64,000 nucleotides of DNA, from NCBI GenBank assembly GCA_964641355.1, contig CAZXND010000002.1, positions 143,112 through 207,111 on the forward strand. The letters run 5' to 3'. Position 1 is the first letter of the stretch; every line of letters begins with the position of its first letter. The notes under the pieces are model-generated. The model was not told where the DNA came from. It did no database searches and was given only the letters and a program-made list of their open reading frames with translations. Shown here one piece after another: positions 30,298 through 40,929 of this stretch. The position numbers and the translations under genes were made by a program. Origin of the DNA: an uncultured Gammaproteobacteria bacterium (GTDB lineage Bacteria; Patescibacteriota; Microgenomatia; Levybacterales; GWA1-39-11).

Positions 30298-32712
30298 CTA
30301 AAACAATTTAAATTTTATCGGTTTTATATTTAAAAATGCAAGAATCACTAATAGTAATACAGAAACAAAAGACACAACAGCTCCGATTTTAAAAGTTAAC
30401 GGGTCATAAATGAACACAACCTTACTTTCTCCTTTAGGGACCACTACAGATCTAAAAGTATAATCAGCTCTATAAATCTTACTATTTACCCCATTAATAT
30501 AAGCTCTCCATCCTGGAAAATAGTTATCCGATATAAAAAGGAAACCACTACCGTCTGTATATAATTGTATTTCTATTTTATTGGGGGTGTAGCTTATCTT
30601 TTTTATCTCACCCTTTTTAAAAATTTTATCGTCAATTTCTGGAGTCTCTTCCAAGATCACAGTGTCTTTAAGATTGATTTTAGAATTAAAAATATTGTTT
30701 AGAATTGATTGTTGCTCCTTTTTAACAAGATATTTCTTTGCAATAAACACTCGAGACATGGAATTCAAATTTTCGTAAATATTATATTTTCCATCGCTCC
30801 AAATCTTTTTAAAGGATTTGGTAGTGTTAGATTCTTCACTTGAAAGCAAAAAATATCTAACTCCAACAAGATTCAAAAATCTAGATCGGTAAACGTTGTT
30901 ATCATATTCACTTAGACTTTTGAGAAAAGGGATTTGAGCATCTGCCCTTGGAATTTCTTTATCATATTTACCTTTTAGAGATAGGGAGTTTACTAATTCT
31001 CCATACCTACTTATATAAATTGAGTCGTAACCTTCTGGTGAATAAATACCATAATAGGAAAGTAAATTTTTTTCAATATATCCATTACCGATGGATAAAA
31101 CCCTATTAATACCACTTAGTTCTTTCACTTTAGATATAACTGGTGTCGTAGGAAATACAAATTTTCTTTGTGAAAAATATAGATATTTATTTGCCATATA
31201 CAGAGAGGCCAAGATAGATATTCCTAGAAGTGCAAAAAGTGAAAATACTCTATATCTTTTAATACCTCCAACAATAAATATAGTCGATGAAACAATTAGT
31301 ATAAAAATTTGGAAAATGATATTTTTAAATGAAACACTTATATTCAAGATGGCATTTTTTATCCCGACAAACCTTAATAGATCAAAGCTTACAATAGCCC
31401 CTATTAGAAGATAGATCACGACTAAAAATACTATTATTATTAATATTTTTTTAATATTAAATTTATTGAGATATTCCCTAACTCCATAAGCACTTATTAT
31501 CGCGAGTGAAAAAGTAGATAAATAAAAGATTCTTGAAGGAATAATTTTTGAAATAAAGGGAATGTTTAGATGATAAAGTATTAGCCACGTGGTAGGAAGA
31601 GAAAAACCTAAAGACATGGTTAACACGAACAAAAATTTAAAAAACTTCTCCCTTGAATCCTTCGATGGACTAATAAACGCAAAAAAAACAAATAATAAAG
31701 CCGGAATTCCTACAAACATTACCTTTTCATAATAAAATCCTTCACCAAAATAGTTATAAACACCAGGGTTACCGAACACGTCAGGAACAAAAAATGTAGC
31801 TAAATCCTTAGCTTTTAAGAGATATGATTCAAAAAGATATCTCGCATCTGTGGATCCTCTTGGAGCATATAAAAGTGCCTCAAATGAAGGAAGAAGATGA
31901 ATTGCAGAAACCAAAATAGAAAAAATAAATCCAAAACAAATAACCAAAAATCTTTTATATTTTTTTGTTTTGAATAGAAGAAAAACGGAGTAAATAAACG
32001 AGACAGAATAAAGATATAAACTCATTTGAAACCAACCTGAAAGAACTGAAAAACAAAGTGATAAAATGAGAATCAATAAATTAATCTTCCCAAGCCTTAA
32101 ATAGATTTTCTCGATTGCAAAAAGACTTAAAGGTAAAAACAACGCTGAATAATAACTCATCAATGATTCTTCCCACCAGACAATCGAGAAGGAAGATAGA
32201 CCAAAAACCACAGACCCAAAAATCGAAGACTTACGATTAAAGCCTATCTGTTTTAGATATAAGTATGTAAAAGAAAGTCCCAAAATAGGACCAACTATTA
32301 TAATCAATGACCATGCATCAATTAATGGGAATATCAAAAATAAAAAACTTAAAGGATGAAAAATCGCAGATTGATAGGTAGCCAAATGTGTATTACCAGA
32401 AAAACTATAAGGATTCCAAAGTGGTACTTCTCCCATTTTTATTTCATCAGTTGTTATTTTCCTATATGGGTAAAATATTCTTAAATTATCGAATCCAATA
32501 GGTTTATTTGGTGGACCGTTAGGAAACTCTGGATCTTTATATGTCGTCCATGGTTGATAATTAGCAACAAGAAGATTAGACGGAAAAGGAACAAGATTTT
32601 TAAAAAAGTAGTCTCTAAAAATAAAAACAGATAAAAAAATAAAGAATAAAAAGACAAGAAAGTCCTTGTTTTTATAATTTAATTTACGAACCTGTATTTT
32701 AATAATGTCCAT
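30298..32712 (-). CDS. YfhO-family GT-C membrane protein
   Basis: PLWNPYSFSG, YQSAIFHP, PDVFGNP, EGYD, YFPGW, ADYTFRSV. Confidence 0.82.
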   Translation of the reverse strand: MDIIKIQVRKLNYKNKDFLVFLFFIFLSVFIFRDYFFKNLVPFPSNLLVANYQPWTTYKDPEFPNGPPNKPIGFDNLRIFYPYRKITTDEIKMGEVPLWNPYSFSGNTHLATYQSAIFHPLSFLFLIFPLIDAWSLIIIVGPILGLSFTYLYLKQIGFNRKSSIFGSVVFGLSSFSIVWWEESLMSYYSALFLPLSLFAIEKIYLRLGKINLLILILSLCFSVLSGWFQMSLYLYSVSFIYSVFLLFKTKKYKRFLVICFGFIFSILVSAIHLLPSFEALLYAPRGSTDARYLFESYLLKAKDLATFFVPDVFGNPGVYNYFGEGFYYEKVMFVGIPALLFVFFAFISPSKDSREKFFKFLFVLTMSLGFSLPTTWLILYHLNIPFISKIIPSRIFYLSTFSLAIISAYGVREYLNKFNIKKILIIIVFLVVIYLLIGAIVSFDLLRFVGIKNAILNISVSFKNIIFQIFILIVSSTIFIVGGIKRYRVFSLFALLGISILASLYMANKYLYFSQRKFVFPTTPVISKVKELSGINRVLSIGNGYIEKNLLSYYGIYSPEGYDSIYISRYGELVNSLSLKGKYDKEIPRADAQIPFLKSLSEYDNNVYRSRFLNLVGVRYFLLSSEESNTTKSFKKIWSDGKYNIYENLNSMSRVFIAKKYLVKKEQQSILNNIFNSKINLKDTVILEETPEIDDKIFKKGEIKKISYTPNKIEIQLYTDGSGFLFISDNYFPGWRAYINGVNSKIYRADYTFRSVVVPKGESKVVFIYDPLTFKIGAVVSFVSVLLLVILAFLNIKPIKFKLF

Positions 32713-33392
32713 AAAGCAAGAAACCCGTCTCTGAATGTATGTATCTTCTTACCCTCATCATAACCTCTAGGAGTTGTTTTTATGTCAATCTCCTTAATTT
32801 TAATTCCCTTTTTGAGTATCTTTGCTGTTATTTCAGGTTCAAAATCAAACGACCTTGCCTTCAAATGAACACTCTTTATCACCATAGAGTCAAATGCCTT
32901 ATAACATGTTTCCATGTCAGAAATATAACTACCGTATATGATAGTTGTTATGTAGCTTAAAAATTTGTTACCAAAAAAGTGAAGCAAGAGCGGTGTTCGA
33001 TTTTTTCCAAAAAAAACTGGCTTTACTTTTAATCTTGTGCCATAAACAACTTTATTTTTTTTCTCTAGAATTGGCTTTATTATTTTTGGAATATCGTTAG
33101 GGTTATATTCAAGATCTGCATCTTGAATTATTATAATATCACCCGATGCTTGTTTAAATCCTGAATTTACAGCCGACCCTTTTCCCATATTCTTCTTATG
33201 AGTAATAACCTTAATTGACTTATTTTTTGATGAAATTTTTAGAAGTATATTTGGTGTTTTATCTGATGAACCATCATTTACGACAATTATTTCTTTTTTG
33301 ACCTTAGGAATAGTTAAATAGATTATCTTTTTCAAGATAATTGGAAGTGTCTTCTCTTCATTAAAAACAGGTATTATTATGGATAACTTCAT
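32679..33392 (-). CDS. GT2, polyprenol-phosphate mannose/glucose synthase-like (DPM1-like)
   Basis: IPVFNEE, NDGSSD, NMGKG, QDADLEYNP, YGTR, DMETCYK, FEPEIT, GKKI; ATG at 33392. Confidence 0.85.
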   Translation of the reverse strand: MKLSIIIPVFNEEKTLPIILKKIIYLTIPKVKKEIIVVNDGSSDKTPNILLKISSKNKSIKVITHKKNMGKGSAVNSGFKQASGDIIIIQDADLEYNPNDIPKIIKPILEKKNKVVYGTRLKVKPVFFGKNRTPLLLHFFGNKFLSYITTIIYGSYISDMETCYKAFDSMVIKSVHLKARSFDFEPEITAKILKKGIKIKEIDIKTTPRGYDEGKKIHTFRDGFLALWTLLKYRFVN

Positions 33393-34318
33393 CAAGGGTA
33401 GTCTGAAAAAATTTGACGATCAGTTCTTTTATAAAGTTTTTTTTGCTTAAATCGTTTAAAGATTATATCAGGAATTTTGAACAGCGCAAGCAAAAATCCA
33501 AGATAAAATGCAAAATCCAGTTTGAATAATGCTCTGATAAAATAGTATGGCAAAAATAAAATATGTGAAATTATTTTTTCAAAATCCGAAATGTTTTTCC
33601 AAATAAATATGAATTGATTTCTAAAAGAAATCACCTTTATTCTAAAGTCTTGATTGTTTTTTCTTATAGACCCTTCGTCATGTCTATGAATTACTCTACT
33701 TTTCGGATTAAATTTTAAGTTGTAACCAGATTTAACTGCTCTAAAAGAAATGTCTATATCTTCCCAGTAAAAAGGATTATATAAAGAATCAAAACCTCCA
33801 AGAGCAATAAAAATACTTCTTTTAACAATACTACTTCCACCAGAAATCCAAAATGTATCTAACTCGTCTACGTCTCCCCTCTTATGAAAAAACATTCCGT
33901 TTTTCCAATATGCTAATCCTCTTCCACGAAATACAACCCCCCCTTTTTCTTCACTTTCATCTAGACAACCTACGCCAAATAGTTTTGGATCTTCTTTAAA
34001 ATCATTTAATATTGGATCTAAAAAATTTTGATAGGGTTTGACATCTGTATTTAAAAGAACTACATATTCCCCCGTTGCTACTTCAACCCCCTTATTTACG
34101 GCTGAAGAAAATCCTTCATTTTTTTTATTTTTTACTAATATCACTGAGTAATTTTCGACAAACTTCTCTAATCTATCTAACTCGATCTTACTAGAACCAT
34201 CATCAACTACTATTACTTCATTTTCACCATAATTTTTAAGAGAGGATATAACATGAGGTAAATTATTCTTAATGAGATTAAAACCATTATAATTAGGTAT
34301 GACAACACTTATTTTCAT
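33392..34318 (-). CDS. GT2, WbbL/rhamnosyltransferase-like
   Basis: IPNYNG, DDGS, NEGFSSAVNKG, LLNTD, GGFD..YWEDID. Confidence 0.85.
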   Translation of the reverse strand: MKISVVIPNYNGFNLIKNNLPHVISSLKNYGENEVIVVDDGSSKIELDRLEKFVENYSVILVKNKKNEGFSSAVNKGVEVATGEYVVLLNTDVKPYQNFLDPILNDFKEDPKLFGVGCLDESEEKGGVVFRGRGLAYWKNGMFFHKRGDVDELDTFWISGGSSIVKRSIFIALGGFDSLYNPFYWEDIDISFRAVKSGYNLKFNPKSRVIHRHDEGSIRKNNQDFRIKVISFRNQFIFIWKNISDFEKIISHILFLPYYFIRALFKLDFAFYLGFLLALFKIPDIIFKRFKQKKLYKRTDRQIFSDYP

Positions 34319-34320
34319 CT

Positions 34321-36531
34321 TTAAAACAACTTCATATCAAAAACAATTAGATGCTTTCCTTCTGGCACAATTACACCTCTAAAAGTTAAATCAATTCTGT
34401 ACACATCAACCTCTTTTCCGTCAATCTTAGCAATCCAATTTGGATAATATACATCGGTAAGAACTAAAAAACCTTTACCAACATTTTGTGTTTCAATTGT
34501 CATACTATTTTCTTTAGTTTCAAGAATTCTTACTTTTCCCTTTTTAAAGTTTCCCCCAGGTGAATTCTGACTAAAAGCTAGTTTCGATAAATCAGAGGAA
34601 AGCATCTCTGACATCATTTGTTTTTCATCTTCTACTTTTTTAACTTCTTCAACAAAAAATGCACGATCAATAACATTTAAATTTTCGTAAACGATTGTCT
34701 GTCCTTCCCTGAAAACCTCTTTAAATTTTGATTGCTTAATTTCTGATAGTGAAAGAACATACTTAACATTTAATAAATCTAATAATTTAGAACTTACGTT
34801 ATGAGGAGTAATAATTCTATTATATCCATAGGGTGGGTCAATATCTGAGGAATTTCTCTCAAGAGCTGCTATATATTTTGCGTAAGATAAAAGATAAAGA
34901 GGGTCATATCCTTCAATAGATTCTAATTTGTAAATTACTGAGAAATTAGGAGGAAAAATCCTTCTATCCGTTGAGGCAATTCTAAAAAGACCGTTTTTAC
35001 TTTTACTTTGCAAAAAATCTATTATTTTAGTCTTCGGATAGAGATATTCTTTTCTTTCAAATGGTTCAAACTTATATGCGAACCTGAAAAGGTCAAACAC
35101 GAGAACAAATAAAATTAAGAACATTAAATATTTTTTGTACTTTTTTAGAAACATGATTACCAATATCACTACAAAAAGCGTTATTGTTAATAGGGTGGGA
35201 AAAACAAGATTTCTTCTTGATACCAAGATATTTACTTGATCAAATGATAATGTATTGCTTAAATTAAACAACCAAAGAAGAGATAGTAAAAACATAATTA
35301 GTCCCAAAACTAGAAACACTTTTTTGCTCGGCTTTTCAATAAACTCATTAAAGCCATAGGCTGATAAAACTGATAAAGAAAAACAAATAACAAAAAGAAG
35401 TCTTGTAGGTTGAGCAGTGGCTATAAAAGGAAGATTTAACCTAAATGGAAGACTAGACAATGGACTATCAATTGAGAAAACTAGAGACATGACGACTACT
35501 ATAGCAAAAAATAATATATTCCTTTTTACAAAAAATAGAGAATATGCTGCAAAAATAATTCCCGCTATTCCGATGTATCCAATTAGTTCTGCATAGTTCC
35601 ACGCTCCAAAATAATTCATCGTTGCAGGATTACCAAAAAAATCTGGAACTATAAATTGCACTAAGTGCTTTAAAGGAATAAACCAGCCTTCTACTTTCCA
35701 ATTTAAATCGTACGCTCTTGAAGAAAGTAAAATAAATCTTAAAGTTGAAAACCATTGAATTAACGTTGCAAGCACAAAAAACAAAATTACCAAGAAAACC
35801 GATACAATGGCTTTTCTATTCCCTGACTGAATAAACTTAAAAATAACATACGCTAGGAAAAGTGCGAAAACGTAAAAAAAGATTTGTAGATGACCTGAAA
35901 GAAAAGAACTAACCAAACTAAAGGCTAAAATTAAAACCCATTTTTTTTCAAATCTTCCAAAGATTTTATCGACTGATAAAAGAATCAATGGTAACCAAAT
36001 CCCGGTATGTAAAACATTTCCCCACTCAAGCCAAGCAACTGAGAATCCAGAAAAGATAAAAGCTATTGCACCAAATGCCGAAGCTTTATGGTCAATCTTT
36101 AAGTTAGATAAATACAAGTACATGAATATTCCTCCTAAAATGAGTTGTAACAAAATAAATAATGTCCAAGATAAATGAAAGGGTTTAATAAAGAATAATA
36201 TGTTAAGAGGATAAAGTGCACCTGTTTGAAAGTTTGCAAGCAAAGGCTTTCCACCCATTTCGTAAGGATTCCACAAGGGTAATTGTCCTTTTGAAAAACT
36301 ATCGATCGCCAAATTCTTCCAAGGATAAATTTGTCTTACAGGATCCGTGATAAGGAAATTTTTGAATGGCACTCCCCTGGGAAACTCTTTTATGTAAAAG
36401 TCTCTGTAAGGATAGTACAATCCTACTATAGTATCTGATGGAATAGGTAATAATCCTTTTATGAAAAAAGGGTTAAAAAAAGCTACCACCAGCACACAAA
36501 TAAAAAAAACAAAATAATTTCCTAATTTCAT
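34321..36531 (-). CDS. YfhO-family GT-C membrane protein
   Basis: PLWNPYEMGG, ANFQ, GHLQ, PDFFGNP, EGYDPLY, YYPNW. Confidence 0.82.
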   Translation of the reverse strand: MKLGNYFVFFICVLVVAFFNPFFIKGLLPIPSDTIVGLYYPYRDFYIKEFPRGVPFKNFLITDPVRQIYPWKNLAIDSFSKGQLPLWNPYEMGGKPLLANFQTGALYPLNILFFIKPFHLSWTLFILLQLILGGIFMYLYLSNLKIDHKASAFGAIAFIFSGFSVAWLEWGNVLHTGIWLPLILLSVDKIFGRFEKKWVLILAFSLVSSFLSGHLQIFFYVFALFLAYVIFKFIQSGNRKAIVSVFLVILFFVLATLIQWFSTLRFILLSSRAYDLNWKVEGWFIPLKHLVQFIVPDFFGNPATMNYFGAWNYAELIGYIGIAGIIFAAYSLFFVKRNILFFAIVVVMSLVFSIDSPLSSLPFRLNLPFIATAQPTRLLFVICFSLSVLSAYGFNEFIEKPSKKVFLVLGLIMFLLSLLWLFNLSNTLSFDQVNILVSRRNLVFPTLLTITLFVVILVIMFLKKYKKYLMFLILFVLVFDLFRFAYKFEPFERKEYLYPKTKIIDFLQSKSKNGLFRIASTDRRIFPPNFSVIYKLESIEGYDPLYLLSYAKYIAALERNSSDIDPPYGYNRIITPHNVSSKLLDLLNVKYVLSLSEIKQSKFKEVFREGQTIVYENLNVIDRAFFVEEVKKVEDEKQMMSEMLSSDLSKLAFSQNSPGGNFKKGKVRILETKENSMTIETQNVGKGFLVLTDVYYPNWIAKIDGKEVDVYRIDLTFRGVIVPEGKHLIVFDMKLF

Positions 36532-37595
36532 CTCGAGATTATAAGCTTTTGTATTTGCTCACAAAAGTTTTCCTTGCTAAATTTCTCAGACTTTGTCACT
36601 GCTCTTTTTGACATTTTATTAAGCAGTTCTGTATTGTTCATTAGATGTAGAGTTTTTTCCTTCATCTCAATTAGAGTATTCCATAAAAATCCATCTAAAC
36701 CATTTTCAATAATTTCGCTTTGACCTCCAGCATTAATAACTACTGGTACTACTCCAGCCCCCATAGCTTCAACGGTGGAGATGCCAAAATGCTCTGCATT
36801 TTCTGGATGTGCATCTAAATTTTCTCCGACGCCAGTTGCATGCCAATATATTTTAGCTTCAGAATAAAGATTCCACAAATCTTGATTACTGGGATTAACG
36901 ATAATGTCTATCGGATAACCTAAGACCGTATCTTGAAGCTTTTTGACTTGATCGCCAAATTCTACCCTAGACCCCAAAACAAGTTTAAATCTCCACCCCT
37001 CAACTCCTTCATCAATCATCTTCTTAAATTCAGATATCATAACATCTTGCTTCTTGTATAGCTGACCATTTAAAGTGAAACCGATCCTACCCACACTAAG
37101 TATTGTCTTTTTCTTTCGCTTACTCTTATCTGCTTTAATCTCTACTGGAGGATATACCACAAGACTATCAACGCCAAATTTTTTGTCTATATATTTTTTT
37201 GTAAATTTTGAATTACAAATAATTTTCTTAATCCTAGTGAGCTTTATTTTTGTTTTAATGGAATTTCCAACCCACTCTACAGGAAACTGAAAATGGACGA
37301 TCAGCTTTTTAGATGGAATAAAAGGAAGACTACCATCGCTGAGAAAAAAAATTAAATCAAATTTATTCAATTCGCTAATTCTTTGTAAGGTGTTTTTTAC
37401 AGTTCCGAAAGGATTTTTATCAACTTTAACATTATTTAAGTCTATTGCGAATTTATTTTCTCCTTTGGAAAGAACTTCTGGATCATCCCAAAATAGGTGG
37501 ACGTCTTCGTGGGATAAGCAAGAAGCTAAAGTTAACATATACCTTTCTCCACCTTCCAAAACACCTAAGTATGGGTCGTAAATACCTATCTTCAT
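36528..37595 (-). CDS. Glycosyltransferase family 4
   Basis: GGERY, NSKFT, YPPV, SVGR, EHFGISTVEAMGAGVVP. Confidence 0.87.
   Translation of the reverse strand: MKIGIYDPYLGVLEGGERYMLTLASCLSHEDVHLFWDDPEVLSKGENKFAIDLNNVKVDKNPFGTVKNTLQRISELNKFDLIFFLSDGSLPFIPSKKLIVHFQFPVEWVGNSIKTKIKLTRIKKIICNSKFTKKYIDKKFGVDSLVVYPPVEIKADKSKRKKKTILSVGRIGFTLNGQLYKKQDVMISEFKKMIDEGVEGWRFKLVLGSRVEFGDQVKKLQDTVLGYPIDIIVNPSNQDLWNLYSEAKIYWHATGVGENLDAHPENAEHFGISTVEAMGAGVVPVVINAGGQSEIIENGLDGFLWNTLIEMKEKTLHLMNNTELLNKMSKRAVTKSEKFSKENFCEQIQKLIISR
36538..36543 (-). promoter_or_regulatory. Putative internal leaderless -10 box for the YfhO gene at 36531
   Basis: TATAAT-N6-ATG(36531), inside the last codons of the GT4 gene. Confidence 0.4.
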
Positions 37596-37601
37596 ACGTT
37601 T

Positions 37602-37610
37602 ATTTTAACA
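37602..37610 (-). promoter_or_regulatory. Extended -10 promoter (TGTTAAAAT), leaderless, for the GT4 gene at 37595
   Basis: TGnTAAAAT-N6-ATG(37595). Confidence 0.55.
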
Positions 37611-37614
37611 ACTA

Positions 37615-37643
37615 TTGAATAGCAATAAAAGTTATGTTAAATT
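37615..37643 (+). promoter_or_regulatory. Sigma70-type promoter for the DUF5652-like gene
   Basis: TTGAAT-N17-TAAATT with extended TG, 9 nt before ATG at 37653. Confidence 0.5.
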
Positions 37644-37652
37644 CAATAAGTT

Positions 37653-37877
37653 ATGAATCTTTCGCCAGATACAAATATCTTAATCTTCCTTCTACTAATT
37701 TGGTCAACAGGGGTAAAAGGTGTAGCTTTGTGGAGAGCAGCTAGATTAGACCAAAGAAATTGGTTTATAGTAATGCTTCTTGTTAATATTTTTGGGATTC
37801 TAGAGATAATATATTTATTTAAATTCGCAAAAAAGAAACTGACCCTCAAAGAACTTAGATCATGGTTCTCCAAATGA
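37653..37877 (+). CDS. Small two-TM protein, DUF5652-like
   Basis: WSTGVKGVALWRAARLDQRNWF..LLVNIFGILEIIYL; has its own promoter. Confidence 0.72.
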   Translation: MNLSPDTNILIFLLLIWSTGVKGVALWRAARLDQRNWFIVMLLVNIFGILEIIYLFKFAKKKLTLKELRSWFSK

Positions 37878-37880
37878 TAT

Positions 37881-38615
37881 TTAGTTATTTTGTTTTTCCC
37901 AAAGTTTAGCGTAAGTAATAAACATTGAGAACGATTGATAAATTGACTCTATCATTCCTTTAGTACCATTCTTATAGCCTTTATCATTAAGATAAGAGCT
38001 AATGAAACCGGTCAATATTATTCTGCAAAATCTCAAAATGGTCATTCGAGGGTGTTTTGATTTAAGTCTTAATTCTGCTTCAAAATTTGACCAATCGTTT
38101 GTTTTATTAACCATCTGAAAAAGGTTGGAATGTGTAAAATGGTTTATAGGAGAACTAATCACCCCAAACTCTCCTTCTATTTTAGGCGTCTCATGAACAA
38201 GACCATACCATCCTATAAATTTTTTTCTTAAAAATAATCTTTGAACTTTATCAATAAGCCCCCAATCTTTTCCAAAATAGTAAGTTTTTCTTTGCAAATA
38301 ATATCCCGACATAACATCAGTTTTTGAAATAATCTCTTTGACTTCATTTTTAAAATCTTCTGTTAATTCTTCATCGGAATCTACATATAACACCCACTCA
38401 CCAGATGTTCTATCTATTCCATAATTTCTTTGATCTGAAAAATCAATAAATTTCTTTTCAACCATCCTAATATCAAATCCTTTAACAATTTTTTTTGTAT
38501 CATCATTCGAATCAGAGTCGATTACAAGCACTTCATCGCCAAACCCTTCAATACTTTTAAGAGTTCTTTTAATCGTGTCTTGAGAGTTCTTCGTTAAAAT
38601 GATTATTGAAAGCAT
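37881..38615 (-). CDS. GT2, WaaE/KdtX-like beta-glucosyltransferase subfamily
   Basis: DSDSNDDT, FSDQRN, VDSDE, VHE. Confidence 0.85.
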   Translation of the reverse strand: MLSIIILTKNSQDTIKRTLKSIEGFGDEVLVIDSDSNDDTKKIVKGFDIRMVEKKFIDFSDQRNYGIDRTSGEWVLYVDSDEELTEDFKNEVKEIISKTDVMSGYYLQRKTYYFGKDWGLIDKVQRLFLRKKFIGWYGLVHETPKIEGEFGVISSPINHFTHSNLFQMVNKTNDWSNFEAELRLKSKHPRMTILRFCRIILTGFISSYLNDKGYKNGTKGMIESIYQSFSMFITYAKLWEKQNN

Positions 38616-38622
38616 AATTTAA

Positions 38623-40929
38623 TTATACATTTTTACTTCTTACTAACATCGTGAATACAATAACTATTGAAACTCCCACAACCGACATTATAATACCCAC
38701 GAAAAAAATCTTTGGATCATAATAAAATTCTACAGTACTACTACCTTTTGGAACGACCACAGCTCTAAAAGCGTAATTTGCCTTTAATAGGGGACTATCT
38801 TTACCGTTTACCTTAACCTTCCAACCCGGATAATAATTATCTGAGAGAAAAAGTAATGCCGGATTAGTAACTTTTACGGTTATTTTTATATAATTAGGAT
38901 TTTCTTTGACAATTGTTGCAACACCTTGACCTTTTGATCTAATAAAATTCAAAGGCATCATATCTAAAATAAGCTTATTCCTAAAATCAAAATTCTTATC
39001 ATAAAATCGTTTGATCGCTTTTGTTTTATCCTTTATCAACTCGTAGTCAAAAAATAAAGTCGGACGCTTTAGGGCCTCTTTATTTTTATAGAGTACGAAT
39101 TTGTCATCCCTGAGCCGTGTTTCATATCTATTGGGATAATTCCATACAGGATACGCCCATGATTGATTAATATCAGAAATTGGAGTAAAAATATTTTCTA
39201 CTCCAAGAGTATCAAGAACTCTATTTGTATTTTGTGAAATTCGATTAAGCTTAACAACTGATCTTTCAGCCTTTTCGCGATTACCCGTCGAGGAAGAGCT
39301 GATCAACTCCCCATAACTTTCTATATAGAGAGGATCGTACCCTTCTATTAAAGAGATATGATAATAAGTACCCACTTGAGCCTCTAGATTTCCGAAAACT
39401 CTTTGATTGTCAACGGTCTTTTTAATCTTACTGATGATTGGCAGATCTATAAAAACGGACTCCTTCTGATCAAAAGGCATCCATTTCTTAACAAACCTCA
39501 GAGAATCATAAGATGAAAAAATTAACAAAACCAAAGATGTAACAATAAAAAACTTTTTGCTCTTTTTTAAATAGTTAACAAATATAAATAAAATGAAAAA
39601 CACCGTAAAAATAGTTGGAATAACCATATTTCGCATAGCAATCTGGCTTTTGCCCGGCTCTAAATGGCCAGAAAATAAATATATCCAAATTGAAAGTAAA
39701 AACGCTAAAGATAGAAATATTTGAATAACAATATTTTTCTTCTTTTCATTAATTAGAATAGCTATTCTGTCGTACCCAAACCCAGACAATACACAAATAG
39801 AGAAACTGAGCATAATAACTGCCCTTGAAGGATTACTTGTAGATAGAACTGGAATTCTGAATGCTCCAATTAACTCTTGGATCGACGAATCTAATGCAAA
39901 AATCAATGAAATTAAAGATGCGACTATGAAAAAAATAGTATATTTATTTTTCCTAGAAAAAGAGTACAAACCAAAGAGAACCGTTATAACTCCGACATAA
40001 CTTGCCCACTCTGCATATTGTCCTAACCAGTCATTTCGCGTGACCGGGTTACCGAAAAAGTCTGGGGAAAAAATTGTTATTAAATAATAAACAGGAATTC
40101 CTCCACCTATGTTAAAAACTGAACTACGGACCGAATTTAAATAGAACTCAATAGAGGGAAGAATCTGAACAGAACCTATTAAAATACCTGCAAAAAATGG
40201 AATAAATAATTTATAACTCTTTTTATCAAAAATAATGACGAATACCAAATACAAAAAGGAGAAAGATAATAAATAAAGGGTGGTTTGGAAATGTCCTGAA
40301 AAAATTGAAAGAACTATTCCCAATGCAGTGATAAAACTTCCCAGAGTAGTCTTATCTTGATTGTACAAGTTTATTCCATACAACACTAAAGGAAGAAATA
40401 AAATCGCATAAGAGAGAGTACCGTATGCCATCCAAACAACAATAAACCCACAGAACATGAAAGCAATACTTCCAAATAAACCACCAACAGTGCTTATTTT
40501 GAGGGTTCTTAAAAACAAAAACATAAAAATTCCAGCCAGTAGGGGTTGGAGAAAAATTAATATATCCCACGCATCAATAAATGGTAAGATAAAGAATATA
40601 ATATTAAAGGGTGAGAACACGGCAGTCTGGAAATTAGCTAGATGTGGACTTCCAGAAAAACTGTAGGGGTTCCAGAAGGGAATCAATCCGTTCTTCAACG
40701 ATTCAATAGTAAAATGTTTCCATGGAAAAATCTGAACAATAATATCTGGCATCGCTCCGTTTTTTACTGGACCCCAATATTCTTGAAAATAACTCCAAAG
40801 AGGAAAGTTGTTAACCTGATAAGTTGAAGGAAAAGAGGTCTTCCCTCCAATGTAATAAGGTAAGATAAAAATTAACCATAAAAAAATAATATAGAAATAT
40901 GGCCAAAATTTTTTAATTACTTTTAACAT
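38623..40929 (-). CDS. YfhO-family GT-C membrane protein
   Basis: PFWNPYSFSGSPHLANFQ, GHFQ, PDFFGNP, EGYDPLY, YYPGW, ANYAFRAV. Confidence 0.82.
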   Translation of the reverse strand: MLKVIKKFWPYFYIIFLWLIFILPYYIGGKTSFPSTYQVNNFPLWSYFQEYWGPVKNGAMPDIIVQIFPWKHFTIESLKNGLIPFWNPYSFSGSPHLANFQTAVFSPFNIIFFILPFIDAWDILIFLQPLLAGIFMFLFLRTLKISTVGGLFGSIAFMFCGFIVVWMAYGTLSYAILFLPLVLYGINLYNQDKTTLGSFITALGIVLSIFSGHFQTTLYLLSFSFLYLVFVIIFDKKSYKLFIPFFAGILIGSVQILPSIEFYLNSVRSSVFNIGGGIPVYYLITIFSPDFFGNPVTRNDWLGQYAEWASYVGVITVLFGLYSFSRKNKYTIFFIVASLISLIFALDSSIQELIGAFRIPVLSTSNPSRAVIMLSFSICVLSGFGYDRIAILINEKKKNIVIQIFLSLAFLLSIWIYLFSGHLEPGKSQIAMRNMVIPTIFTVFFILFIFVNYLKKSKKFFIVTSLVLLIFSSYDSLRFVKKWMPFDQKESVFIDLPIISKIKKTVDNQRVFGNLEAQVGTYYHISLIEGYDPLYIESYGELISSSSTGNREKAERSVVKLNRISQNTNRVLDTLGVENIFTPISDINQSWAYPVWNYPNRYETRLRDDKFVLYKNKEALKRPTLFFDYELIKDKTKAIKRFYDKNFDFRNKLILDMMPLNFIRSKGQGVATIVKENPNYIKITVKVTNPALLFLSDNYYPGWKVKVNGKDSPLLKANYAFRAVVVPKGSSTVEFYYDPKIFFVGIIMSVVGVSIVIVFTMLVRSKNV

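Noticed and set aside
33937-33943. G7 tract in a GT2 gene, and many A/T runs of 8-10 nt, as phase-variation sites
   Set aside because: The tracts are short, the frames are intact, G7 encodes Gly-Gly-Val, and A/T runs are expected at this base composition. Read-level length variation would be needed.
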